From an uncultured Planctomycetia bacterium (GTDB lineage Bacteria > Omnitrophota > Gorgyraeia > Tantalellales > Tantalellaceae): a stretch of DNA of 64,000 bases. Numbering within the stretch: position 1 is the first letter of the stretch; each line of letters starts with the position of its first letter. Of this stretch, positions 8,123 to 17,708 are shown one piece after another. The translations under genes and the position numbers were made by a program. The stretch covers positions 428,726 through 492,725 of the forward strand of contig CAYQUS010000001.1 in assembly GCA_964421015.1 (NCBI GenBank), read 5' to 3'. A model generated the notes under the pieces. The model searched no databases and was not told the DNA's origin. It was given only the letters and a program-made list of their open reading frames with translations.

Positions 8123-10255
8123 TTAAGCTCCGAGGCTTACCTCCATGAATATTTCCTGTTTCTCTCCGGGCTTGAGCGAAACTCTCCACCTGGGGACAAG
8201 CGATGTTCCCTGATAATTAAGTTCATACGCCTTTTCGGACTGAGAAACAGTTTTTACAGGAAAAGACCATAAATTACAACTTGTTTTAAATGAAATATTT
8301 ACGGATTCTTCGGTGTCCAGGTCGCATATGGAGACCTTTTCTTTACAAGGAGAATCCAGCGATTCCGAAAGGCTGAAAGTCTTTTTTTCTCCCGTAAAAA
8401 GTTGGTATCTAGGGGAATCCGCGTAACGCATGGTGAAGTTGAATTCAACGGCAAAAATAAAATCCAGAGGGCTTTTGCTCTTATTTTGAAAAACATAATC
8501 CGCCCTTATGCAACACCCTTTCTTTAAAAGGGTTATATTTTTTTCTACCAAGGCCTTCTTGCCGGAAATATCTCCTTCTTTTGACATGAGCAGGCTGACC
8601 CCATTAACGTCCTTTCTCTGTTTAACCGAAAATATCCCCATCGGAAAGCTTGAGAGATCCTCATACCGGGATGCCGCAAAAGACGCCGCGTCTATCGAAA
8701 CCGGAAGATAGTGGTCTAAAAAACAATGTCGCGGGTATTTGTCGTACGACATATTGTCCTTGAGGGCGGCATCGGCCGTCTGTATACCGTCATGTATCGT
8801 CCTGACTCCCCCGCTGGACGCTGTCTGATTTTTTATTTTTTCCAGTATTGTCCTGTGATACGCCTCCTTCTTTCTCGAAAGAGTGTTAACATAGTTCTGG
8901 CACATGGTTTTGGAATCTATTTCCTTTATTGTGCCACCCTTGGACGGACTTACGATAACGGATATACCCCTGTTCTCAAGAACAAAATCCTTATTCCCTT
9001 CCGCGTCCATATCTGTTTCGTACGCGTCGCAGAAATTCTTTTTACCGTGCCGTACCTGGTCCGCCAAAGCCTCCGCCCGTATCAGGTGTTCGTATATGGC
9101 GTTCCTGAGGTGGTACAGGTACAGCCCGCCGAAAACCCCGTGCCAGTAAGCGCAGTTACATTGCCCTCTTAAAAGCTCCGTTTCAGCCTCTCTGAAAACG
9201 GGAGACTTCGCGGCTTCCGGGTTTTCCCGCCTAAGGTTCTCGAGTTTCCCCGAAACATGCACCATCTTCTTGTTCATATGGTTAGACTCGGGGTATTTAG
9301 TAAAGAAATTCCTCCAGAAACCACCTCTGATAAAAGGTTTGTAGTAATCTTCCTTTCCCATCCCGCGTATCTCGTTAACAACATTCTGCATGTATTCCTG
9401 AGTATCAGCCGGCAAGGACCACTCCAGCATCTCCTCATACGAAGATGTCGGCAGGTAGATCCTCCCCTCACTTTTTCTTAAGTCCAGACAATCCGAAAGT
9501 TTAGCCGTAGAAAGCCAGTCGGAGTTCCTCTCCAGTTCGTTGAAAAAGTTCTCAAGCCATTTTTCCTCGAATACCCATTTGTAAGTGCCGGGCCATTCGC
9601 CGAATTTTTCTCCGTCGTCCCCGTAAACAAGAAGGGCATCATCTTTCTTAGAAGCCACATACCTTATATACGACATGCACTCGGAGGGAAGCTTATACGG
9701 TATATGGTACCTCAGTGTCTTGTCCGACGGGAAAACGGCTACCGTTTTTCCGTTATCTTCGGTAAGGTAGTGGCCGTGAATGGAATCCCTGGAAAGACCG
9801 GCGTACAGAAAATGAGTGTCATCAAGCACTATGTATTCCACTCCAGCTTCCTTGAAAGTTCCGGCAAGGGCCGGTTCCCATACCCTTTCCGCCACCCAGG
9901 CCCCTCTGGCGTTGTATGAGAATTTGTTCTTCACATACTCCGAGAGCATATTTATCTGCCGTATCCTGTCTTTTTCCGGGATAGAGACCAGTATGGGCTC
10001 GTAAAAACCTCCTGTCATGACTTCTATCTGCCCGGAGGAGGCCATTTCCTTGACAAGTTTGATTATTTCCGGACGTTTCTCCTCCGCCCATTCCAATAGA
10101 CAACCCGTAAAATGGAGCGTCATCTTAATGGAAGGATATGCCTTGAGCGCCCTGAGAAAAGGCACGTAGCACCTGTCGCAGGCCCCGTCGATCACGCTGT
10201 CGAAATTACCCACCGGCTGGTGGAAATGAAGCGCCATCGCTAAAGTAGCTTTCAT
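8123..10255 (-). CDS. GH57 family alpha-amylase / 4-alpha-glucanotransferase
   Basis: 710 aa; N-terminal ALHFHQPVGNF and GH57 core; a larger GH57 member. Confidence 0.7.
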   Translation of the reverse strand: MKATLAMALHFHQPVGNFDSVIDGACDRCYVPFLRALKAYPSIKMTLHFTGCLLEWAEEKRPEIIKLVKEMASSGQIEVMTGGFYEPILVSIPEKDRIRQINMLSEYVKNKFSYNARGAWVAERVWEPALAGTFKEAGVEYIVLDDTHFLYAGLSRDSIHGHYLTEDNGKTVAVFPSDKTLRYHIPYKLPSECMSYIRYVASKKDDALLVYGDDGEKFGEWPGTYKWVFEEKWLENFFNELERNSDWLSTAKLSDCLDLRKSEGRIYLPTSSYEEMLEWSLPADTQEYMQNVVNEIRGMGKEDYYKPFIRGGFWRNFFTKYPESNHMNKKMVHVSGKLENLRRENPEAAKSPVFREAETELLRGQCNCAYWHGVFGGLYLYHLRNAIYEHLIRAEALADQVRHGKKNFCDAYETDMDAEGNKDFVLENRGISVIVSPSKGGTIKEIDSKTMCQNYVNTLSRKKEAYHRTILEKIKNQTASSGGVRTIHDGIQTADAALKDNMSYDKYPRHCFLDHYLPVSIDAASFAASRYEDLSSFPMGIFSVKQRKDVNGVSLLMSKEGDISGKKALVEKNITLLKKGCCIRADYVFQNKSKSPLDFIFAVEFNFTMRYADSPRYQLFTGEKKTFSLSESLDSPCKEKVSICDLDTEESVNISFKTSCNLWSFPVKTVSQSEKAYELNYQGTSLVPRWRVSLKPGEKQEIFMEVSLGA

Positions 10256-10323
10256 CGCTTTCTCCTGTTTTTATCCGCAATCCACTATTTTACTTAAAAA
10301 TCCCGAGCAATCCGTCAAAAACC

Positions 10324-13300
10324 TCAGCCCGCTATGTTGCGGTACAGAGAGACATATTTTTCCGCGGAACGCGTCCAAGAAAAATCGCATTCCATGGCGT
10401 TTTCCACCACTTTTTCCCACAATTCTCTCCTGTGGTAAAGCTCTATGGCTCTTTTAAGAGCCCTGAAAAGCGCTTCAGGAGTGGCCGGCCCGAACTTGAA
10501 CCCGTTACCGTTATCCCTGTCGGCGTCGAAATCCGTTATAACGTCGTCAAGCCCGCCCGTGGCCCTGACTACAGGTATCGTCCCGTATTTCAGGCTGTAC
10601 ATCTGGTTAAGCCCGCAAGGTTCGTACCTTGAAGGCATAACGAAAATATCGGCGCCCGCCTCTATCTTGTGGGCGAGTTCATCGTTGAAATCAAGACACA
10701 CATACACGTTCCTTGGATAACGCTCCGCGAGAGACGAGAACATGCGGTTATAATCTTCGCGGCCCGAGCCCAGTATGACCACACCCGCCCCCAGAGTTAT
10801 GACCTTATCCATTACCGCCGCGAAAAGGTCCATACCTTTCTGTTCCACAAGCCTTGTCACACATCCCAAAAGAGGCATGTCCGGAAGTATATCCAGCCCC
10901 GCGTATTCGATAAGGTCGTTCTTGCAGTGTAGCTTTCCTTTAAGGTTTTCCGGGGTGTAATTGCGCTTTATTTTTTCATCGGTCATGGGGTTCCATATGG
11001 AATAGTCGGCCCCGTTGGGTATCCCGTAAAGAAAATCTCTTCTTGACCGTATGAGCCCGTCCAAACCCGAACCGTATTCCGGGGTCATTATCTCTTCCGC
11101 GTACCTGTGGCTTACGGTGCTGACAGCGTCGGAATACAAAATTCCTGATTTCATGAAGTTTATCTTGCCGTAGAACTCAAGGTCGTTCATGTTGAAAAAA
11201 CTTTCCGGTATGCCGAGCCTTTTCATCACGCTCTTGTCGAATATGCCCTGGTAAGCCAGGTTATGCACGGTGAAAAGCGTCTTAATACCGGTAAAGAAAC
11301 CTTTGCCCGACAACCTGTACCTCAGGTAAAAAGGTATAAGCGCCGACTGCCAGTCGTTACAATGTATTATGTCAGGCTTGAAGTTAACGGCCTCTATCGC
11401 GGCCAGAGCGGCCTTTGAGAAAAGGCCAAACCTGAGATGATTGTCTTTGTAATCCCCTTTTGGCTTGCCGTAGAGATAGTCACGTCCGTAATAGTTGTCG
11501 TTGGCCACGAAATAGGTAGTAAGGCCTGAGGAGCGGTAGGAGTTAAGGGCAAACCCGGGCATCTTTTCACTGAAAGGGCAAGCCAGGGTCTTGGCTTCCT
11601 TCCTGACTTTCAGTTTAAGGTCCTTCACGCACCGGTAATAAGGCATTATCACCCTGACGTCGCAGCCGAGCGACAGAAGTTCTTTGGGAAGACTCTCCGA
11701 AACATCGGCCAGCCCCCCTGTCTTGGCGAAAGGCGACGATTCAGCCGTAACAAAAAGCACTTTGAGCGCCCGGGCCATTTCCCCCGGGGTGGCTATTTCC
11801 GGAAGTTTTTTCGAAAGTATGGATTCCGGCATGGGCTCCTCAAGGTAATGCGGCGCGGGTCGCCCAATAAGAGCGTATATGTTGGAAAGGTGCAAACGAA
11901 AAAGCTCGTCAAAAACAAAATTAAGTTCCGTTCCGAACTCGTCGTACCACCAGAACCAGTCGCTTCCCTCCGCTATGTAAAGCTCCTCTAAGGCCTCAGC
12001 GGGAGGGTTCTTCACGGAAAAGAGCTCTTTTCTGGCTTTGGCCAGGTATTCCCACGCCCTGTCCTTCTGAGCCGAACCCATCCATTTCCTGAAATTACGG
12101 TCTATCCAGGAACCGGAATAGAGCTCGGGTATATGGGTCCGTTCCGACGAAGACTCAAGAGCCTCCGAGAAAGTGACGGTCTTAATGTCCTTCATGCCCG
12201 AAAGACATCTGTATGTCTCCCTGAGAAACTCCCTTCCGCCGTCGGAATAATAAGGCCAGGGATTTTCTCCGTCAAGGATAACGGAAAGCATCCTGAAGCT
12301 TTTTGCCGGCAGCATCGCCTTCTGTATCCCCTGTATGTCAGAAACAAGGTCCTGAGCGGCCCGGTGAGAATGCATCCTGGAATACCTGAAACTTATGGCG
12401 TTGGATATATTTACGTCGCGGAACACAATATCGATCTTCGCGTTTTCTTTGCCTGCCGTAAAGACCCTGTAAACAAGATCGTCCCTTGAGATCCCCTGTC
12501 CCCTGAAAGACTCGATTACTATGCCCTCGTCCGTGGCGATCCATTCTATACCGGCCTTCCTGAGAAGAGGTATTATCTCGGGGCTTACGCTGCCCTCGGA
12601 AGGCCACATGCCTCTGGGAGGCCGCCCGAAAACTTCGGTGTAAAGCCTAACCGCCTTGTTCAGGTGTACCGCCACATCCTCCTTCACATCCAGGTCCTTT
12701 CTCCCCCTTCCGCAAAGTATAGGCATTATGGGATGATAGTATGGCGTGGTTGATATCTCTATCCTGCCTTCATCCTGCATCTTTTTGTACAAAGGAAGAA
12801 TAGAACATACCACTTCATGTTGTTTCTTCAAAAGAAGGGTCTTGTCTTCCTCCGAGAAAAAAGCCCCTTTGGAAACAAGGTTCTTCACAAGCTGATCTTC
12901 GTTCCGCAGAGTGAAACCGCACCAGGCAAGATTAAAAAGCACCTGCAGGTCCCTGTATTCGTCCTGGGAGAAAAGGCCTGACTTCTCAAGAAGCGTGTCC
13001 CTGGAAAGATCGTCACCCCTCTTTTCCAGTATCTCCCTGTACCGTTTAAAAGGATCTATGGCCGTGGCCCGGTCGCAGGAAAAAAAATTCTTAAGGATGA
13101 AAACCCTGTCCTCATCGGTAAGTTCTTCGGCGGGTTTAGCGGAAAGTTTAAGGTATACGTCATCGATACTTTCATTCCCGGAAATGTCCCTGAGCTGCCA
13201 TATCAGGGAAGGTGTAAGGTTAAACGTACACTTTATCCCCGGAAAATCCCTGAGCACGGAGACCATGTCAAGGTAGGAATATGTCGAATGGAGCCTTACC

Positions 13301-13389
13301 CAGGGAAGATGGTACTTGCCCGTAAGAAGGTCCTTATAAAGAGGCTGGTGCATGTGCCACAAAAAACCTACGGAAAGGGTCTTAGCCAT
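10324..13389 (-). CDS. glgA: Fusion protein: N-terminal GH57 glycoside hydrolase domain + C-terminal GT5 glycogen synthase (GlgA)
   Basis: 1021-aa continuous ORF. Residues ~1-515 carry the GH57 motif LWHMHQP; residues ~535-1021 carry the glycogen synthase signature LFVTAESSPFAKTGGLADV and a GT-B C-terminal half. Confidence 0.75.
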   Translation of the reverse strand: MAKTLSVGFLWHMHQPLYKDLLTGKYHLPWVRLHSTYSYLDMVSVLRDFPGIKCTFNLTPSLIWQLRDISGNESIDDVYLKLSAKPAEELTDEDRVFILKNFFSCDRATAIDPFKRYREILEKRGDDLSRDTLLEKSGLFSQDEYRDLQVLFNLAWCGFTLRNEDQLVKNLVSKGAFFSEEDKTLLLKKQHEVVCSILPLYKKMQDEGRIEISTTPYYHPIMPILCGRGRKDLDVKEDVAVHLNKAVRLYTEVFGRPPRGMWPSEGSVSPEIIPLLRKAGIEWIATDEGIVIESFRGQGISRDDLVYRVFTAGKENAKIDIVFRDVNISNAISFRYSRMHSHRAAQDLVSDIQGIQKAMLPAKSFRMLSVILDGENPWPYYSDGGREFLRETYRCLSGMKDIKTVTFSEALESSSERTHIPELYSGSWIDRNFRKWMGSAQKDRAWEYLAKARKELFSVKNPPAEALEELYIAEGSDWFWWYDEFGTELNFVFDELFRLHLSNIYALIGRPAPHYLEEPMPESILSKKLPEIATPGEMARALKVLFVTAESSPFAKTGGLADVSESLPKELLSLGCDVRVIMPYYRCVKDLKLKVRKEAKTLACPFSEKMPGFALNSYRSSGLTTYFVANDNYYGRDYLYGKPKGDYKDNHLRFGLFSKAALAAIEAVNFKPDIIHCNDWQSALIPFYLRYRLSGKGFFTGIKTLFTVHNLAYQGIFDKSVMKRLGIPESFFNMNDLEFYGKINFMKSGILYSDAVSTVSHRYAEEIMTPEYGSGLDGLIRSRRDFLYGIPNGADYSIWNPMTDEKIKRNYTPENLKGKLHCKNDLIEYAGLDILPDMPLLGCVTRLVEQKGMDLFAAVMDKVITLGAGVVILGSGREDYNRMFSSLAERYPRNVYVCLDFNDELAHKIEAGADIFVMPSRYEPCGLNQMYSLKYGTIPVVRATGGLDDVITDFDADRDNGNGFKFGPATPEALFRALKRAIELYHRRELWEKVVENAMECDFSWTRSAEKYVSLYRNIAG

Positions 13390-13395
13390 ATGATA

Positions 13396-13424
13396 TTTAT
13401 AGTGGTTCCGGACCCGGGAGTCAA
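13396..13424 (-). promoter_or_regulatory. Sigma70-like promoter (TTGACT-17-TATAAA) ending ~7 nt before the fusion-gene ATG (possible leaderless transcript), overlapping a 7-bp inverted repeat
   Basis: Minus-strand reading: aacTTGACTcccgggtccggaaccacTATAAATatcatATG; no SD sequence upstream of the ATG. Confidence 0.35.
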
Positions 13425-13461
13425 GTTAAATCGGAACCGTTTTCCGCGCTTCCCCGGCCCC

Positions 13462-14784
13462 TTATACCGATCTTTTTCTTAAAATGCGTGCTCTGGATGG
13501 ATTAAAATACCCGTGCATAAGCTCCGGGAAATCTTTTTTGACGGAGTTTATAAGCTCCTTTATACCGATCATCTTCCCGGGGGGCACTCTCCCCCCTATC
13601 TGCTGAAAATAAGCCAGCGGGTCATAGTTAAGATTTCGCCACTGGACCATGTCAACTCGAGAGGAAGAAAGAAAACGCCTGAAAGCCGAGACTTCCGGGG
13701 CGGAATCCGTAAACCCTGGCATCACAAGATAGTTCACCGAGACAAATCCTCCGGCTTTTTTGGCCCGGCGGATAGAACTTACCACGTCCCTGAAAGAATA
13801 TCCCCTGGGCCTGTAATAACGCCTGTAAAAGTCTTCCCGTACGCTATTGACGCTTACCCTCATTGAATCCAGCCCGGCGCCGAAAAGTTCAGACACAAGC
13901 TCGGGCTTACTGGCGTTGGTGTTGAGATTTATCATTCCTTTGGAAGTCTTTGAACGTATAAGCCTGACCGCGTCGACGAGGACTTTTCCCGACATAAGCG
14001 GTTCTCCTTCACAGCCCTGCCCGAAACTCACCACCGGGTCCCTTACCCCGTCTATGTGAAAGAGCGCCACTTCCGCCACCTCCTCTGGTGTCGGAGTAAA
14101 AGTTATTCGGGGCTGTGTCACGGGTATCCCGGTTCCAGGCTGAAAAGATATACAGCCCCTGCAGAAGGCGTTGCATGAAGTGGATGTGGGAAGAGGAGCC
14201 TCGTAACGCCTCAGGAAAAAGTTCCTTCCGGCGGGACAGCAATATTTTAGAGCGCAAGTCTCAAGATGTTCAACAAGTCTGTTCGACGGGAACAGCGAAC
14301 GTATCTTTTTAACGTTCTTTCTCAGAAGCTCCATATCCATGCCGGAAAGTTCCTGGCGCTTTTCCCTGTCGACCTTTAAGGCGGCGGCGTAAAATTTCCC
14401 TTTGTAAAACACAGCGGCGGCGTAACTGAATAGAGGCAGTATCCCGTAGTCCTTTCCCTGAACAAAAGCCGGCGAGAACGTGGCAGTGTAACCCGGCGCG
14501 ACGAAAGCCGCTACAGTAAAACGATCTCCCCCGGCCTGGCGTACCTTATCCCCGGATACAAGATTGAAACTTCCCGAAAGCGGGTCAAAGCCCACAGGAA
14601 TTGTGCCGGGGAGCAGAAAAAGTTCGCTGTCGGGGTGCAGCTCTACCAGATCTTCGGGGTCTAAACGGAAATAATGTCCGGCTTTCATTCCGGCCGGAAG
14701 CATTCCGGGAACATCGTAAATATTTCCTTTTCCGTCCGCGGCTAGAAGTCTTGGATGGTCCTTTTCACGGATTAACAGTCTCAT
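13462..14784 (-). CDS. Radical SAM protein with an uncharacterised ~200-aa N-terminal domain
   Basis: CNAFCRGC (CxxxCxxC) motif mid-protein. Preferred start is the ATG at 14784 (MRLLIRE), an ATGA overlap with the xthA stop; the track's 14808 start is a TTG. Confidence 0.6.
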   Translation of the reverse strand: MRLLIREKDHPRLLAADGKGNIYDVPGMLPAGMKAGHYFRLDPEDLVELHPDSELFLLPGTIPVGFDPLSGSFNLVSGDKVRQAGGDRFTVAAFVAPGYTATFSPAFVQGKDYGILPLFSYAAAVFYKGKFYAAALKVDREKRQELSGMDMELLRKNVKKIRSLFPSNRLVEHLETCALKYCCPAGRNFFLRRYEAPLPTSTSCNAFCRGCISFQPGTGIPVTQPRITFTPTPEEVAEVALFHIDGVRDPVVSFGQGCEGEPLMSGKVLVDAVRLIRSKTSKGMINLNTNASKPELVSELFGAGLDSMRVSVNSVREDFYRRYYRPRGYSFRDVVSSIRRAKKAGGFVSVNYLVMPGFTDSAPEVSAFRRFLSSSRVDMVQWRNLNYDPLAYFQQIGGRVPPGKMIGIKELINSVKKDFPELMHGYFNPSRARILRKRSV

Positions 14785-15536
14785 TTTATCTCTATCCCCA
14801 CAGGGCAATGATCGCTTCCCTCCACATCGCTCATTATAAAGGCATCCTTCAGCCTGGGAAGCATCTTTTCCGTAACAAAAAAATAATCTATGCGCCAGCC
14901 CACGTTCTTTTCCCTGGAACGGGTCTTATAATCCCACCAGGAATACTGGCCCGGTCCTTTGTTAAAGTGCCGGAAAGTATCGACATACCCCCGGGAAATG
15001 AATTTGTCCATCCAGGCCCTTTCTTCCGGAAGAAAACCCGAGACCGTTTCGTTCTGTTTGGGTCTGGCAAGATCTATCTCTTTATGGGCCGTATTTACGT
15101 CGCCGCATATCACGATGTTCCTGTTATCCAGGCTGTCCACGTACTTTAAGAACCTTTCGTAAAAATCCATCTTGTACCTGAGCCGTTCGGGGCTTCTGCC
15201 GCCGTTCGGGAAATACACGTTTATGAGGAGAAAATCATTTATTTTAAGGGCGATAACCCTGCCCTCGGAGTCGAAACCTTTCTCAAAACCGGAGATTTTT
15301 ACGGGATCGGCCTTTCGTTTGGAAAAAACCGAAACACCGGCATACCCTTTTTTCTCGGGGTTGTTCCAGAAAGAAACGTATCCGGCGGGTTCTCTCAGAT
15401 CCGTATCAAGCTGTTCGGGATGGGCCTTTGTTTCCTGAAGACACAGCACGTCCGGAGACTCTTTCCGCATCCATTCCAGAAATCCCTTGCGGCTTACCGC
15501 CCTTATACCGTTAACATTCCAAGACAATATCCTCAT
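14781..15536 (-). CDS. xthA: Exodeoxyribonuclease III
   Basis: [14 protein letters not shown]-terminus, QETK, ~251 aa EEP-family nuclease. Confidence 0.85.
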   Translation of the reverse strand: MRILSWNVNGIRAVSRKGFLEWMRKESPDVLCLQETKAHPEQLDTDLREPAGYVSFWNNPEKKGYAGVSVFSKRKADPVKISGFEKGFDSEGRVIALKINDFLLINVYFPNGGRSPERLRYKMDFYERFLKYVDSLDNRNIVICGDVNTAHKEIDLARPKQNETVSGFLPEERAWMDKFISRGYVDTFRHFNKGPGQYSWWDYKTRSREKNVGWRIDYFFVTEKMLPRLKDAFIMSDVEGSDHCPVGIEIK

Positions 15537-15546
15537 GGATCCGCCT

Positions 15547-16749
15547 TTAAGATCTCCTGACGAGCTCCCCCAGGACCTCTATATGCCCCGTCCTGGGAAA
15601 CATGTCGAAAGGTTTTATCCTGCCTAGGCGCCATTTGCCGCCCTGTGTCATCGTTTTAACGTCCCTGGCCATGCACGCGGGATCGCAGGATATGTAGTAT
15701 ACGAGATCCACGCCCGAAGACTCTCTTATTTTTTCGAGAAAAACTTTTCCGACCCCTTTACGCGGCGGGTCAAGCAGGAAAATGTTGTTTTTCTTTTTCT
15801 CCCTTTCGAAAATATCGAACACTCCCTCATCGGCGTCCTGCCTGTAAAATTTTATGTTCTTCTCCCCGGCTGTTTTAACTGTGTTCTTGGCGCAGTCTAT
15901 GGACACCCGGCTCTCGTCCACGCCGATTCGCGACGCGAAAGGCGCTCCAACGGTAAAACTGAAAAAACCGGACCCGCAGTATATGTCGAAAAAGGCCGCC
16001 CCTGAAGCCCTGGGAGAGACCCATTCCTCAACCGTCCTGGATATCTGTTCAGAAATGTACCTGTTGCACTGGGAAAAAGCCTTGGGCGAGAAATAGATGT
16101 CTTTGCCTCTGTACCTGTCGATAAAGAATCTTTCACCCGGGCGGCATGACGACCAGACTTTCCCGTTATGGTCGGCCTTGAGGGTTATTTCGTCCTTATC
16201 TTCCCCGCGCGTAAGAGCCTGCACGTTATCTCCTATTGCCGGCACAGCCACGGGACACATCCGGACTTCCACCACATCATGGCTCGACTCCCTGAAGTAA
16301 CCGTATCCTTTTTTACCTTTGTGCAATGTCACGCTCGTACGATAAGCGTATTCGCTTGGAGAACCGGCTATACCTTGATATCCTTCCTCCAGTTCTATTC
16401 CGGCTATCCTCTTAAAAAGTTCCCTTACCTGGGAATCCTTATGATAAAGCTCTTTTTCGTAAGATATATGCTGCAGCTGGCATCCTCCGCATACCCCGAA
16501 ATGCGGGCACAAGGGAAGCGTTCTCTCGGGAGATCTCTTAAGAATATCCAAAGCCGTCCCCTCTGAATATTTAGGGGTCTGTCTGTTTATTTTAACCAGG
16601 GCTTCTTCTCCGGGAAGAGCCCCGCTGACAAAACATACTTTCCCTCCTGACCTGGCGACGCCCCTTCCGCCGTAAGCCATGGAATCTATCATCATTTTTA
16701 CCGTGTCAGACATAAAACCCCTCATTAAAAAACCGGGGGGCCTTCTCAC
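15547..16749 (-). CDS. 23S rRNA (uracil-5-)-methyltransferase RumA/RlmD family
   Basis: TRAM-like N-terminus with 4-Cys cluster ([11 protein letters not shown]) and a SAM-dependent methyltransferase C-terminus; exact start uncertain. Confidence 0.7.
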   Translation of the reverse strand: MRRPPGFLMRGFMSDTVKMMIDSMAYGGRGVARSGGKVCFVSGALPGEEALVKINRQTPKYSEGTALDILKRSPERTLPLCPHFGVCGGCQLQHISYEKELYHKDSQVRELFKRIAGIELEEGYQGIAGSPSEYAYRTSVTLHKGKKGYGYFRESSHDVVEVRMCPVAVPAIGDNVQALTRGEDKDEITLKADHNGKVWSSCRPGERFFIDRYRGKDIYFSPKAFSQCNRYISEQISRTVEEWVSPRASGAAFFDIYCGSGFFSFTVGAPFASRIGVDESRVSIDCAKNTVKTAGEKNIKFYRQDADEGVFDIFEREKKKNNIFLLDPPRKGVGKVFLEKIRESSGVDLVYYISCDPACMARDVKTMTQGGKWRLGRIKPFDMFPRTGHIEVLGELVRRS

Positions 16750-16793
16750 TCATGGCGGAAAAGGTCCCCCGACTTTCGTTAATTCCAGTTGTA

Positions 16794-17186
16794 TCAGTAA
16801 CCGCTCTGTCCTTCCTGTAAACCTTCCCTGTACCCTTCCGTATATCCGGCTTTGTAAGCATTGGCATACCCCGCCTGGTATCCGTCGGAATAGGCGTTCT
16901 GGGAGTTCATGTTGTCGACGTTCCTTGTGTCCTCCACTTTCTGACCGCTTATGGAATCAAGAAGAGCTCCTCCGACAACGTTCACTCCAGCCCCGGCAAG
17001 AGCTCCTTTCCACAGATCCCCGCCCTTGGCGCCGGAAGCGGCTCCGCCCACGGCTCCGGACCCGGCACCGAGAAGACCCTGCTTGAGTATATCCGAAGAA
17101 CTGGAGTTAGCCATGCCGCTGCAACAGAACAATAGCGTCGACACAACGACCGCAAAGGCGGAAAAACCAAAATACTTTATTTTCAT
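16794..17186 (-). CDS. Secreted glycine-zipper protein (Rick_17kDa/SlyB-like) with C-terminal GY-repeat tail, paralog 1
   Basis: True start MKIKYF at 17186 with a GGGAGA RBS; the track ORF extends upstream artificially. Signal peptide, GAGSGAVGGAASGAKGG zipper, GYQAGYANAYKAGYTEGY tail. Confidence 0.6.
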   Translation of the reverse strand: MKIKYFGFSAFAVVVSTLLFCCSGMANSSSSDILKQGLLGAGSGAVGGAASGAKGGDLWKGALAGAGVNVVGGALLDSISGQKVEDTRNVDNMNSQNAYSDGYQAGYANAYKAGYTEGYREGLQEGQSGY

Positions 17187-17202
17187 AAACATCTCCCTGT
17201 TT

Positions 17203-17592
17203 TTATCTGCCCAAAGTCCCTTCCCTGAGACCGTCTTTGTATCCCTGGGTATAACCCGCTTTGTACCCGTTCTGGTACCCGTCCTGATATCCCTGCGAAT
17301 AAGCGTCCCTTGATGTCGAACTGTCCACGCTCTGCGTGTTGCTGACTTTTTCTCCGCTAAGGGAGTCAAGAAGAGCGCCTCCGACTATGTTCACACCTGC
17401 TCCGGCAAGAGCTCCCTTCCATATGTCCCCGCCTTTCGCCCCGGAAGCGGCGCCACCCACGGCTCCCGACCCGGCACCGAGAAGCCCCTGCTTGAGTATG
17501 TCGGAAGAACTCGAATTAGCGGCGGCGTAATCCGCGGAAAAGAGCGCCAATACTGCCATTATCATTATTACAGCAAAAACTTTGGTCTTCAT
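17203..17592 (-). CDS. Secreted glycine-zipper protein with GY-repeat tail, paralog 2
   Basis: Start MKTKVF at 17592 with a GGGAGG RBS; ~85% nucleotide identity to paralog 1 over the zipper region. Confidence 0.6.
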   Translation of the reverse strand: MKTKVFAVIMIMAVLALFSADYAAANSSSSDILKQGLLGAGSGAVGGAASGAKGGDIWKGALAGAGVNIVGGALLDSLSGEKVSNTQSVDSSTSRDAYSQGYQDGYQNGYKAGYTQGYKDGLREGTLGR

Positions 17593-17708
17593 ATTATACC
17601 TCCCGCTTGTTTTTGTTTTGTACCCTCTCTCCACGTACTTTTTGACACGCCTATATTAGCATAAGTTCCCGTTTTCCCGAAATAAAAATTAACCGCCTGA
17701 AACCGCTG

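Larger units (their letters stand above)
16794..17592 (-). repeat. Tandem duplicated gene pair (~150-bp near-identical core)
   Basis: 16960-17113 and 17377-17530 align at roughly 85% identity. Confidence 0.6.

Noticed and set aside
16951-17530. Pro/Ala-rich plus-strand ORFs (PPTTFTPAPARAPF...) occurring twice
   Set aside because: Reverse-strand reading of the Gly/Ala-rich glycine-zipper genes; the duplication reflects the tandem paralogs, not a real gene.
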